Part shown: positions 27,011-35,288 of the stretch, in pieces
Layout: each line of letters starts with the position of its first letter
Position numbering within the stretch: position 1 is the stretch's first letter
Source: Candidatus Saccharimonadia bacterium
Lineage (GTDB): Bacteria > Patescibacteriota > Saccharimonadia > Saccharimonadales > 2-12-FULL-41-12
Direction: 5' to 3'
Assembly: GCA_963717365.1 (NCBI GenBank)
Contig: OY970327.1
Coordinates: forward strand, 863,752 to 927,751
Length of the DNA stretch: 64,000 bases
The notes under the pieces: model-generated
What the model saw: only the letters and a program-made list of their open reading frames with translations
Database searches by the model: none
What the model was told of the DNA's origin: nothing
Made by a program: the position numbers and the translations under genes

Positions 27011-28075
27011 ATGTCTGAAACCTTACTACAGCCGCAGCTGGATATATACGACCAGCTGACTGGCCAGCCGCGGCGTGACTTCTACGATATGCAGCACTTC
27101 CCTGTCGCCAGTGATGAAGAATTGTTAAAGCAAGCAATGCTGGACCAGGATTGGAGTCATGCGATTGAAGAGAATGGCCTGCCAGAAGATACGCCATTAA
27201 CTGAATATCTGGAAGACCCAGAGGATGACCCCGAGCTATTTAATAAGCTATGGGCTGGAGATATCTCCGCTATCCCTGTTATGTACGAGAGGTATTCTAA
27301 AAAAGCAGAAGGAATAGCTCGTAAATATATTTCCTTGGTAGGCGAACACCATATCGATGATGATCTACTGCAAGCCGCCCAACTTGGTCTTGGGGAAGCC
27401 GCTAAAGCAATTATTGAACATCGCACAAAAATGGATAATATTGGTGTGATTGTTTATTACCGAGTCCTGGGTCAAGTATATATAGAACTCACCCGCAATA
27501 ACCACTTTGGCTCTGAACGGTTTGGCAGAAAACAACATAAACTTTTTACCACCGAAGAGTTGCTTACTACTGAGCTTGGCCGACATCCTAGTTTGTGCGA
27601 AGTAGCTGCAAAAATGGGTTGTACGAACGAAGAAGTGCGCTTTTTACGGCTTACCCAGCGGGTTCTCCCGATTGAAGAAACATCAAATAGGCTGGATATG
27701 CCAAGTACGGAGGAATCTGTTCATACTGTCAGGGTCGTAGATGAACCTCTTGCTGAGACAAGTCTTTTATCTGAAAGTACTGAGGACATTGTTTTGAATA
27801 CTATAAATGATGATTTAAGAAGGGAAGCCGAACGTAAAGTAGTTCAGCAGGCGCTCAAATCCTTAAGCGCTTTGGATCGAGATATATTCGGACGGGCTTA
27901 CGGTTTGAATGGCTATTCTGAAATACAAGATTCAAAAGAGATAGCAGCTGAGGTAGGAGAAACCCGAGAAAATGTTCGACAGATTCTCTGTCGTAGACGA
28001 AAAAGGCTACAAAAGCAGCTGACAAGTCCTTACGACACTACTGAATCCGAAGCTATTGCTGACGGTCGGTTTTAA
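27011..28075 (+). CDS. divergent sigma-70 family protein
   Basis: Region 2-like DDDLLQAAQLGLGEAAKAI, region 3-like ELGRHPSLCEVAAKMGCTNEEV, region 4 HTH LSALDRDIFGRAYGL...SKEIAAEVGETRENVRQILCRRRKRL. Confidence 0.65.
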   Translation: MSETLLQPQLDIYDQLTGQPRRDFYDMQHFPVASDEELLKQAMLDQDWSHAIEENGLPEDTPLTEYLEDPEDDPELFNKLWAGDISAIPVMYERYSKKAEGIARKYISLVGEHHIDDDLLQAAQLGLGEAAKAIIEHRTKMDNIGVIVYYRVLGQVYIELTRNNHFGSERFGRKQHKLFTTEELLTTELGRHPSLCEVAAKMGCTNEEVRFLRLTQRVLPIEETSNRLDMPSTEESVHTVRVVDEPLAETSLLSESTEDIVLNTINDDLRREAERKVVQQALKSLSALDRDIFGRAYGLNGYSEIQDSKEIAAEVGETRENVRQILCRRRKRLQKQLTSPYDTTESEAIADGRF

Positions 28076-28230
28076 GTAATGACAAAGCGTCCGGGCTATC
28101 CTGCAATTTTAGAAAATTAAGCATAAACGTTAAATATAATACAGTTTTTACTGAGTTTGCATTATATACTCTGACTCCTAACGATAACATGTAATCATTA
28201 GGGCTATACAGTTAATGACAGGGGAGTAAG

Positions 28231-28512
28231 ATGAGTTTAGGCTTTGAGCACGAACGAGAGATTCAGGCACAAGAACATGAGCGCATAGTCAGCCAATTTT
28301 TGGCGCAGCTAGACAAAGGCATTGCCCCTGAGGACTACTTACCGCCAAATAACGACGAAGATAGCGGCGACGGCGGTCTCCGTGAACCAGCATCACCAAA
28401 ACCCAGACCTACCCCTCCAACTATCGAGTACCTTGACCCGCGATCAGGCGGTGACTCGCCCTTTACCCAGCGTTGCGGTGACTTTACGCTTCAGCTAGCT
28501 GGAGTTTCCTAG
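28231..28512 (+). CDS. hypothetical protein
   Basis: 93 aa, ggggag SD 6 nt upstream; acidic/Pro-rich; no family recognised. Confidence 0.45.
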   Translation: MSLGFEHEREIQAQEHERIVSQFLAQLDKGIAPEDYLPPNNDEDSGDGGLREPASPKPRPTPPTIEYLDPRSGGDSPFTQRCGDFTLQLAGVS

Positions 28513-28567
28513 ATTAGATCTAATTTTTCCGTGTTCCGCAATTAACGCGATGGTGCAGGGATTGATC

Positions 28568-30220
28568 CTACATACCCATCATGCCGCCGCCCATGCCGCT
28601 CATATCAGGAGCGCCGCTGGAGGCTTTTTCAGGAACTTCAACTACCATGGCACCCATCGTCATGGCTGTTCCAGCGATGGAGCTGGCGCTTTCGACGGCT
28701 TTTTTAGTGACAACAACTGGGTCAATGACACCATTCGCCTTGAGGTCTACTAATGCAGCCGGGTTGTTAACGTTTACGCCCTGCCCTGCTTTGGCAGCGT
28801 CACGGACTTTTGGTAGCCATTCGTCAGGGTTTAGGCCAGCATTGCTTAGGATGATGCGGAAAGGCTGGTCAAGCGCACTCTGTAAGATGGTGGCGCCGGC
28901 TGCAGTTGAGTCGGTGCCGTCTATCTTCATCTTCTTTGCTAAGTTAACCAGTGTTACACCGCCGCCCGGCACAATACCTTCGCTTAAGGCAGCCTTAACG
29001 GCAGCCACGGCGTCGTCAACACGGAATTTCTTCTCTTCAATTTCAGTTTCGGAAGAGCCCCCGACCTTAATGACGGCGACTTTGCCAGACAACGCGGCGC
29101 GGCGCTGCTGAAGGAAATCTTTATCGTACGCGCTGGAAGAAGCGATCATCTGGGCATCAATCTGATCAATCCGGGCCTGGATGGCGGCTGGAGTACCAGC
29201 ACCCTCGATGATGGTAGTACTGTCTTTGCCGACAATTACCTTGCGTGCCGAACCGACAACTTCTAATTCAACGTTCTCAAACGTCATACCTAAGTCGGAA
29301 GAAATAACAGTCGCGCCAGTTAGGACAGCGATATCAGTCAGGATATCTTTGCGGCGGTCGCCAAATGATGGTGCTTTGACAGCAACGGTGTTAAACACGC
29401 CTTTAAGCTTGTTCAGTACCAGTGTTCCAAGGGCTTCGCCTTCAACGTCTTCGGCAATCAAAATCAAGTCTTTTTTACCAGTCTGAGCCAGTTTTTCAAG
29501 CAATGGCAGGAATTCCTGGATAGAGCTGATTTTGCCGTCAGTAATAACAATGGCTGGTTTAGCCAGAGCGGCTTCCATTCGAGCAGTGTCGGTTACCATA
29601 TACGGGCTGATGAAGCCGCGGTCCATTGTAAAGCCTTCCACGACTTCGCTTTCTAGGTTTAGCCCCTGGCCTTCTTCTACGGTCACTACGCCTTCTTTGC
29701 CGACTTTATCAATGACATCGGCGATTAGTTCGCCAATGACGCTGTCACCGGCTGAGATGGTCGCTACTTCGGCTACACGGGACTTTTTGCCCTTAATGTC
29801 TTCGGCTAGGCCGTCCAGTTGGGTAATTACGTCGTGGGCGGCCTGTTCTAGGCCTTTGCGAAGCAGCATTGGGTTGTGTCCGGCAGCAATCAGCTTATTC
29901 GCTTCGTTCAGAATATGATATGTCAGCACGGTTACGGTAGTCGTACCGTCGCCAGCGACGTCGTTCATTTTGTTGGCGGCTTGTTTAATCAGGTCGGCAC
30001 CGACTTTGTAGCCAAGCGTTTCGTCATCAACATCAGCCAGCTCAACGCTCTTCGCGACGGTTACCCCGTCATGCGTAACGGTTGGGTTGCCATAGCTTTT
30101 GCTGATAATTACGTTGCGGCCTTTTGGCCCCATGGTCGTCTTCACTGCGTTGTAAAGCAGTTCTGCCCCGCCCAAGACGCGGCGCCGGGCGTCATCGTCA
30201 TAAAATACTTTCTTTGCCAT
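28568..30220 (-). CDS. groL: chaperonin GroEL
   Basis: MAKKVFYDDDARR...GPKGRNV...DGTTT; C-terminal GGM-type tail MSGMGGGMMGM. Confidence 0.97.
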   Translation of the reverse strand: MAKKVFYDDDARRRVLGGAELLYNAVKTTMGPKGRNVIISKSYGNPTVTHDGVTVAKSVELADVDDETLGYKVGADLIKQAANKMNDVAGDGTTTVTVLTYHILNEANKLIAAGHNPMLLRKGLEQAAHDVITQLDGLAEDIKGKKSRVAEVATISAGDSVIGELIADVIDKVGKEGVVTVEEGQGLNLESEVVEGFTMDRGFISPYMVTDTARMEAALAKPAIVITDGKISSIQEFLPLLEKLAQTGKKDLILIAEDVEGEALGTLVLNKLKGVFNTVAVKAPSFGDRRKDILTDIAVLTGATVISSDLGMTFENVELEVVGSARKVIVGKDSTTIIEGAGTPAAIQARIDQIDAQMIASSSAYDKDFLQQRRAALSGKVAVIKVGGSSETEIEEKKFRVDDAVAAVKAALSEGIVPGGGVTLVNLAKKMKIDGTDSTAAGATILQSALDQPFRIILSNAGLNPDEWLPKVRDAAKAGQGVNVNNPAALVDLKANGVIDPVVVTKKAVESASSIAGTAMTMGAMVVEVPEKASSGAPDMSGMGGGMMGM

Positions 30221-30295
30221 CTCCAGATACTCCTTAGGTTTAAGCTTGTCGCGCTAAGCACGTACTAGTTTAGTGCTTTAGCTTGCGTTTAATAA

Positions 30296-30589
30296 TTACT
30301 TAACGGTTGCCATTACGTCTTCTTCACGTACTAAAATATAGTCCGTCCCAGCGACTTTAACATCGGTGGTGCTGTAACTTTTATAAACAATCCGGTCACC
30401 GGGTTTCAGTGTCATTTTAATCCGTTCGTTGTCATCGCCAACTTTGCCGGGACCAACGGCGACCACTTTGGCGATCTTTGGCTTTTCGGTCGCGTTATCC
30501 GGCAAGTATAGGCCGCTGGCGGTTTTGGTAGCGGCGGCTTCGGCTTCGGCCACCACATAATCTGCTAATGGTTGGATTGGTACTGCCAT
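30296..30589 (-). CDS. groS: co-chaperonin GroES
   Basis: 97 aa, IQPLADYVVAE...ASGLYLPD...GDRIVYKSY. Confidence 0.95.
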   Translation of the reverse strand: MAVPIQPLADYVVAEAEAAATKTASGLYLPDNATEKPKIAKVVAVGPGKVGDDNERIKMTLKPGDRIVYKSYSTTDVKVAGTDYILVREEDVMATVK

Positions 30590-30700
30590 CTGTCCTCCTT
30601 GGGCGTTTTCATTAATTTGTTAGCTACAAGGCTAATGATGAGCTACTGTGTTCCCGCAAGGAAGCCGGCTTTAGGCGCTGGATACTCACACACTAACTCG

Positions 30701-30738
30701 TCAGCACTCACTATAGCTGAGTGCCAAAAACCGGTCAA
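30701..30738 (-). promoter_or_regulatory. groES promoter with overlapping CIRCE-like operator
   Basis: Read on the minus strand: TTGACC (30733-38), 17-nt spacer, TATAGT (30710-15). TTGGCACTC-N9-GAGTGCTGA (30701-30727) spans the spacer and the -10. Confidence 0.7.
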
Positions 30739-30797
30739 GAGTAGTTTAATTAAATCGAGTGCTCTGCAGTTTAGTGCTATTTCTTTGGCTTTCAAAA

Positions 30798-30830
30798 GTG
30801 TATCACTTGTGTATCACTTGTGTATCACTT
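30798..30830. repeat. three perfect tandem copies of an 11-bp unit GTGTATCACTT
   Basis: Direct reading: gtgtatcactt x3 at 30798-30808, 30809-30819, 30820-30830. Confidence 0.95.
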
Positions 30831-30857
30831 CGCCGTGGCCTTACAGGGGTTAAATAA

Positions 30858-30890
30858 TTTAATGTGATACATGGCATGTATCACATTAAA
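30858..30890. repeat. 33-nt perfect palindrome (16-nt arms, 1-nt centre) containing the same GTATCAC core
   Basis: tttaatgtgatacatg g catgtatcacattaaa. Lies 33 nt downstream of the stop of the minus-strand gene ending at 30923, so it may also act as its terminator. Confidence 0.9.
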
Positions 30891-30922
30891 AACAACAAAA
30901 CTTGATGTGTGTTTACGGGCTA

Positions 30923-31936
30923 CTATCGGCGCTGTCTTTTAATTTCGTTGACATGCTCAATAATCGCTTTTAAAGATACGCCATTATTCATATTCGAGAT
31001 TCGTTCAGCGTAATCCGGCCGATCATAACTGGCCAGCACCGGCACATCGGGATGATGCGCCAGCTGCTTAAACTCATTGCGCAGCCTTAGGGCATCTTTG
31101 TCAACTTCTGGAAAACGGCGGCTTAAGAACCAGGCGCCTAGTCTTTGTGTACTATTTACTGATTGTCCAGACAAACGATCATCCCGGTCGTCAACTCCCC
31201 GGCCTGTCGGATCTTTCGCTTTATACCAAACTGGCAAATCTATGTTCGTTTGCGAACCATCTGACCTTCTATGTATGCCCTTCATCCAGTACTCGCTGGC
31301 AATTTGCGAAGTTGGAAAGGCTTTTTCGAAAAACCGCTGCGCGATCTGTAGGGTACGCCCGGATGTATAAACCTCGTCAATAATGAGTATAGTTTTGTTA
31401 TCAAGCGACGATTCCACGGTGTCAATTTCTTCGGTTAAGCCATTTTCTTTTTCAGTAGGCTTAACAAATATGGATCGTAAGCTGCGCACGATACTGGTAT
31501 CTACTTCATCAATATCCATATAACCGGTACCGCCCGGGTCTACCTTGTTAACCCACTGCTCCCGGTCAATATTTACAAATTTAAAGTCGGGCTTTTTGGC
31601 TACTTCACCCGTGCTAGGATCGGCGGCCATTTGCGGCCATAATTCTTTGGTAAGCCATGCCAGCGGACGAGCGGACTTATCAAGCCAAACAACAACATCG
31701 GGAATCTTTTTCTCCTTCTCACCGGTTTCTTTACTTTCTACTTCCACACCATGGGTCATCAAATAGATGAGGTTGTCGGTACGCTGGATGTATTCCATGC
31801 GCAATTGCTGGTCTGTCTTGTATTTTCCGTCCGCACGGTTATGACCAATTAATAATTCATATTCAAAATTATCCGCTGGCACCTGCGGTTCATCTGCTTC
31901 TGGAGCGGGAAATGGGTGAGGTTTTCGTTCTAGCAT
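30923..31936 (-). CDS. phosphoribosyltransferase-domain protein
   Basis: Type I PRT PRPP-binding motif NKTILIIDEVYTSGRTL; the rest is not recognised. Confidence 0.6.
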   Translation of the reverse strand: MLERKPHPFPAPEADEPQVPADNFEYELLIGHNRADGKYKTDQQLRMEYIQRTDNLIYLMTHGVEVESKETGEKEKKIPDVVVWLDKSARPLAWLTKELWPQMAADPSTGEVAKKPDFKFVNIDREQWVNKVDPGGTGYMDIDEVDTSIVRSLRSIFVKPTEKENGLTEEIDTVESSLDNKTILIIDEVYTSGRTLQIAQRFFEKAFPTSQIASEYWMKGIHRRSDGSQTNIDLPVWYKAKDPTGRGVDDRDDRLSGQSVNSTQRLGAWFLSRRFPEVDKDALRLRNEFKQLAHHPDVPVLASYDRPDYAERISNMNNGVSLKAIIEHVNEIKRQRR

Positions 31937-32393
31937 ATTTTAGTTTGATTACTGCTGTTTATTATAGCAAATTATTGCTTTGTTGTCAATATAAATGATT
32001 TGTTAAAATTTTATATTATGAAACAATATCTGCCTAACAATTTACCTTAAAAAGGCGACATTTGGTAATTATTGCGTCAACTAAATTTCTGGCTCAGCTG
32101 TATTCACTTAAAATATATGCATTCAGTGAATCCTCCCCACCTTTTTGGTCTTGACGTTAAAAGCATTTAGTTATATACAAATACTGATCCTTTGTCGAGT
32201 TTTTAAATTACTCCATCGGATTGTACATTGACAAGTCAGACAAAGCGCATGAGGCGAGCAAGGTGGTATCAATAGAGGTGGTATTATCTTGCTCCCCTCA
32301 TGCCAGGAAGAGAACCTATACAAAACTCAAGCAAGGGCTGACATACCGTCAGGCAGTACTCAGGCACACCTACAAAACCCAGGAAAGGCCGCA

Positions 32394-33161
32394 ATGGACG
32401 AACCAACCCGGACACGTGAGCGCCAGGAGCGTCATCTGAAAACCGATCATCCGCGGACACTGGAAGAACTGGCCTCTATCGCCAACCGTGAGCATTCGCT
32501 TGCGGAGCTGGCTGCACAGACCGTATTGCAACATGCCATCGCCGCAGGCGAAGCACTGATCGCAGCACGGGAGATCGTACCCCCCGGGGAATGGTCCCGC
32601 TGGCTAGACCAGAACTTCCAGGCCACACAGTCGGTTGCCTATGGCTACATCCGTGTCGCTACCCACAAGGAGAACATCCCGGAAGGGACAACCGGTGTCA
32701 AGCCTGCTCTTGCAGTTCTGAGCGGGTACCCGCAGGCCCGTGGACCGTTCATGGTGGAACGCGAACAGCCTGAAAAGCGCGCGGAAGCAATTCGCATGCA
32801 CAACGAGAGCGATTTGTCTTCCCAGGAAATCGCCCGCCGGCTGAATGAAAGACCAGGCACGGTGTGGCGATGGCTCAACCCCGCAGCCGCGGCAAGGAAG
32901 CAACGCGCATCCGAAACCAAGCGGCGCAAGGCTGCCAAGGCACTCCGCGAGCAGGAACGTGAGCGCGAGATCAAACGGGCTGTCCGCAAAGCTGGCGCGG
33001 CACTAGCCGAGGCATACTCGATGGCGGAGCGTATGGGCGCCGTACTTGACCAGGCGGTCAACGAGGCAGCCGACGAGGAAGCGCATGAGGCACTGACCGA
33101 GGCCATCCGGTACCGCAACAAGATGCGCGACCAGATTGTGCGAGCGCTTGGGGTGTCATGA
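32394..33161 (+). CDS. DUF3102-like protein with C-terminal HTH (phage/plasmid-type)
   Basis: Trimmed to the ATG after aggaaagg. ...AIAAGEALIAAREIVPPGEWSRWLDQNFQATQSVAYGYIRVA... matches the DUF3102 pattern; LSSQEIARRLNERPGTVWRWLN is HTH-like; GC-rich codons. Confidence 0.65.
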   Translation: MDEPTRTRERQERHLKTDHPRTLEELASIANREHSLAELAAQTVLQHAIAAGEALIAAREIVPPGEWSRWLDQNFQATQSVAYGYIRVATHKENIPEGTTGVKPALAVLSGYPQARGPFMVEREQPEKRAEAIRMHNESDLSSQEIARRLNERPGTVWRWLNPAAAARKQRASETKRRKAAKALREQEREREIKRAVRKAGAALAEAYSMAERMGAVLDQAVNEAADEEAHEALTEAIRYRNKMRDQIVRALGVS

Positions 33162-33181
33162 CGACATCTCTATGAATCGAG

Positions 33182-33246
33182 GCGTCGTGGACGCGGTGGC
33201 TCATGCGAGCATACCGCGTCCACGACGCAATTCCTTTTTCCTTTTT
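33182..33246 (+). terminator. GC-rich rho-independent terminator of the cassette ORF
   Basis: Perfect 16-bp stem GCGTCGTGGACGCGGT (33182-97) / ACCGCGTCCACGACGC (33213-28) followed by ttcctttttcctttttg. Confidence 0.75.
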
Positions 33247-33354
33247 GTCTGACTTGTCATAACTTACTTTTATAGATGTGTATCTATACTGACGAGTCCA
33301 AGAGGACGAAAAGTAACCAATTAATCCTTACTCAGATATCTTCGCCAGAAAAAG

Positions 33355-34635
33355 CTAATGCTTTAACAATTCCCTGGCTACTTCTCTCTCGTCCCAAGGC
33401 TCCTTGTGGCCGCCCATATTACGGTAGTCCTGATGACCGATACCGGTTAGTAGGACAGTATCACCTGGTTTGGCGGCTTTAAAGGCTTGCTGAATGGCTT
33501 TTCGCCGGTCATCAACTAATACTGTCCTAGATTGAGCGTGAGCGGCTGTTATGCCCTCGTAGACCTGCTGGCGGATAGCCTGCGGGTCTTCGGTATACGT
33601 TTCGTCGTCTGTTAAGAAAATATGATCGGCTAGTTCGGCGGCAATTTTGCCCATTGGTGCCCGTTTGGTCTTGTCACGGTCACCGGTGGCACCAAAAACC
33701 ACAATTACCTTCCCTTTGGTGAGTTCCTTGAGCGCGGTTAAGACATTTTCAAGCGCATCAGGAGTGATGGCGTAATCAACGATAACGCTAAATTTCTGGC
33801 CGGCATCTATTTGTTCCATGCGGCCAGGTACCGATTCCAGACTGGCGATCCCCCGGCTAATAACGTCTTTTTCCAAACCAGCGGCTAAACCAACTCCGTA
33901 AGCTGCTAGGGCGTTATAGGCGTTGAACTTACCAATAAGTTTTGAGGTAAACGTAATGTGATCATCGTTGTATAGGGCTGTTATGGCTGAGCCGCTGGCC
34001 GACAAGGCGCACGTTTTCAGTCTCAAGTCTGCTTCCGATTGTTCGCCGTAACTGATTATTTTTCCTGCAGCGCGAGTTTTAAAGTAGTTAAACCATTCAT
34101 CATCGGCATTTAAAACGCACCATTTGGCTTTGTATTGCGGGCCGAATAACCGGGCTTTGGCGGCCGCATACCGTTCCATAGTACGGTGATAATCGAGGTG
34201 CTCCTGCGTCAGGTTGGTCATCACGGCAATCTCGACGGGAATTCCATAACCACGACCCTGATCAAGCGCGTGACTGGTGATTTCCAAAATTATCCAATCA
34301 ACCGCAGCGGCGCGGGCATAAGCCAAAAACCGTTGAACATCAGCTTCGCTGCTCACCGTCATGTGAGTTTTATTCGGGAAGCGTTTGCCGGCAATTTCAA
34401 TATAAGCAGTGGTGTAAACGGCAGTTTTGAGGCCGCCTGACCGCAGCATAGCGTTCACGTAGCTGGCAGTGGTAGTTTTGCCGTTGGTGCCGGTGATGGC
34501 AATAACACGAGCACCACGGGCTGGAAACCCGTAACGGGCTTGCCAGAACATTCCCCTGCCCTTCCGGAACGCTGTTTCGGCAACGCGCAGAGCTGGACCG
34601 CGTACAGTTTTACGGATCAGCGCTTTTGGTTTCAT
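33355..34635 (-). CDS. Mur ligase family protein (MurE-like, short N-terminus)
   Basis: VIAITGTNGKTTTASYV ATP-binding motif, central and C-terminal Mur ligase domains, FLTDDETYTEDPQAI resembles the MurE C-terminal motif. Confidence 0.8.
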   Translation of the reverse strand: MKPKALIRKTVRGPALRVAETAFRKGRGMFWQARYGFPARGARVIAITGTNGKTTTASYVNAMLRSGGLKTAVYTTAYIEIAGKRFPNKTHMTVSSEADVQRFLAYARAAAVDWIILEITSHALDQGRGYGIPVEIAVMTNLTQEHLDYHRTMERYAAAKARLFGPQYKAKWCVLNADDEWFNYFKTRAAGKIISYGEQSEADLRLKTCALSASGSAITALYNDDHITFTSKLIGKFNAYNALAAYGVGLAAGLEKDVISRGIASLESVPGRMEQIDAGQKFSVIVDYAITPDALENVLTALKELTKGKVIVVFGATGDRDKTKRAPMGKIAAELADHIFLTDDETYTEDPQAIRQQVYEGITAAHAQSRTVLVDDRRKAIQQAFKAAKPGDTVLLTGIGHQDYRNMGGHKEPWDEREVARELLKH

Positions 34636-34652
34636 AGTTTAATGATAGCAGT

Positions 34653-35210
34653 TTAGCCGTTTGGGCTGTTACAAATACGAACTGACTTATGAAGGTTCGC
34701 GGCTGCCCGGGGCTCTAGCAACGTACCGAGCGGAAGAGCTTCCCTGTTAGCAGAATCTTTGGGACCGGTGATAGCAAACTGGTAGAGCTGGTATCCGGGC
34801 CGGTCCTGGACAAATTCGCTATGGTCAACTAGAGCGTGAAGCTCAAGCAGGACACTATGCTCCCAGCAGGCCAGTTCCAGATTAGTCTCATCCGTGGCAA
34901 AACCGAGTATTTTACCCGTGCGTCCATCAACATATATGTCGCGCGTGAATTGTTCTTGCCTGCTTATGATCGCGCCACCGACTGTCTCTATTTTTGTACC
35001 ACCCCGGTTATTGTCGGCCGATATATCAAAATGCACATCAATTGTTTCTGAGTTATCGCTTACAATTTCATCATCTGGCTGATAGATACCCAGACCCTCA
35101 AACCGTTGGTATAGGTCTTTTGAACTGTTATCAAGGACAGGATTTGAACGATGGCGCAACCGCGCAAACTCCCATCTTTCTTTGCATAATCCAGGTTGGC
35201 GCTCATACAT
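34653..35210 (-). CDS. hypothetical protein
   Basis: 185-aa ORF divergent from tsaD; no motif recognised. Confidence 0.5.
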   Translation of the reverse strand: MYERQPGLCKERWEFARLRHRSNPVLDNSSKDLYQRFEGLGIYQPDDEIVSDNSETIDVHFDISADNNRGGTKIETVGGAIISRQEQFTRDIYVDGRTGKILGFATDETNLELACWEHSVLLELHALVDHSEFVQDRPGYQLYQFAITGPKDSANREALPLGTLLEPRAAANLHKSVRICNSPNG

Positions 35211-35288
35211 AATTACTTATATAAAAACACTTCTGGAACAGTGGTGTCAACGACTGTGGACGAGTTCTGTATACTACATCTATCTGTT

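Larger units (their letters stand above)
32239..33259 (+). mobile_element. candidate foreign cassette bounded by 16-bp terminal inverted repeats (no transposase)
   Basis: TGACAAGTCAGACAAA at 32239-32254 and its exact reverse complement at 33244-33259. The interior is visibly G+C-rich relative to the flanks and contains one ORF plus its own terminator. Confidence 0.45.

Noticed and set aside
28581-30268. Four plus-strand track ORFs (28581..29111, 29181..29486, 29532..29918, 29876..30268) inside groEL
   Set aside because: They are antisense shadow ORFs of an unmistakable GroEL gene. Their Ala/Ser/Pro/Thr-rich, low-complexity translations are typical of the reverse frame of a GC3-biased gene.
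30798-30830. Possible CRISPR array or oriC DnaA-box cluster
   Set aside because: There are only three contiguous 11-bp units with no spacers, so it is not CRISPR. The core GTATCAC does not match the DnaA box TTATCCACA, and there is no dnaA/dnaN nearby. I reported it instead as an iteron-like regulatory array.
32604-33121. Minus-strand ORFs 32604..32903 and 32645..33121 and plus-strand ORF 32591..32773 inside the G+C-rich cassette
   Set aside because: High G+C suppresses stop codons in all frames. Only the plus-strand frame starting at 32394 has an SD, a DUF3102/HTH-like sequence and a downstream terminator.
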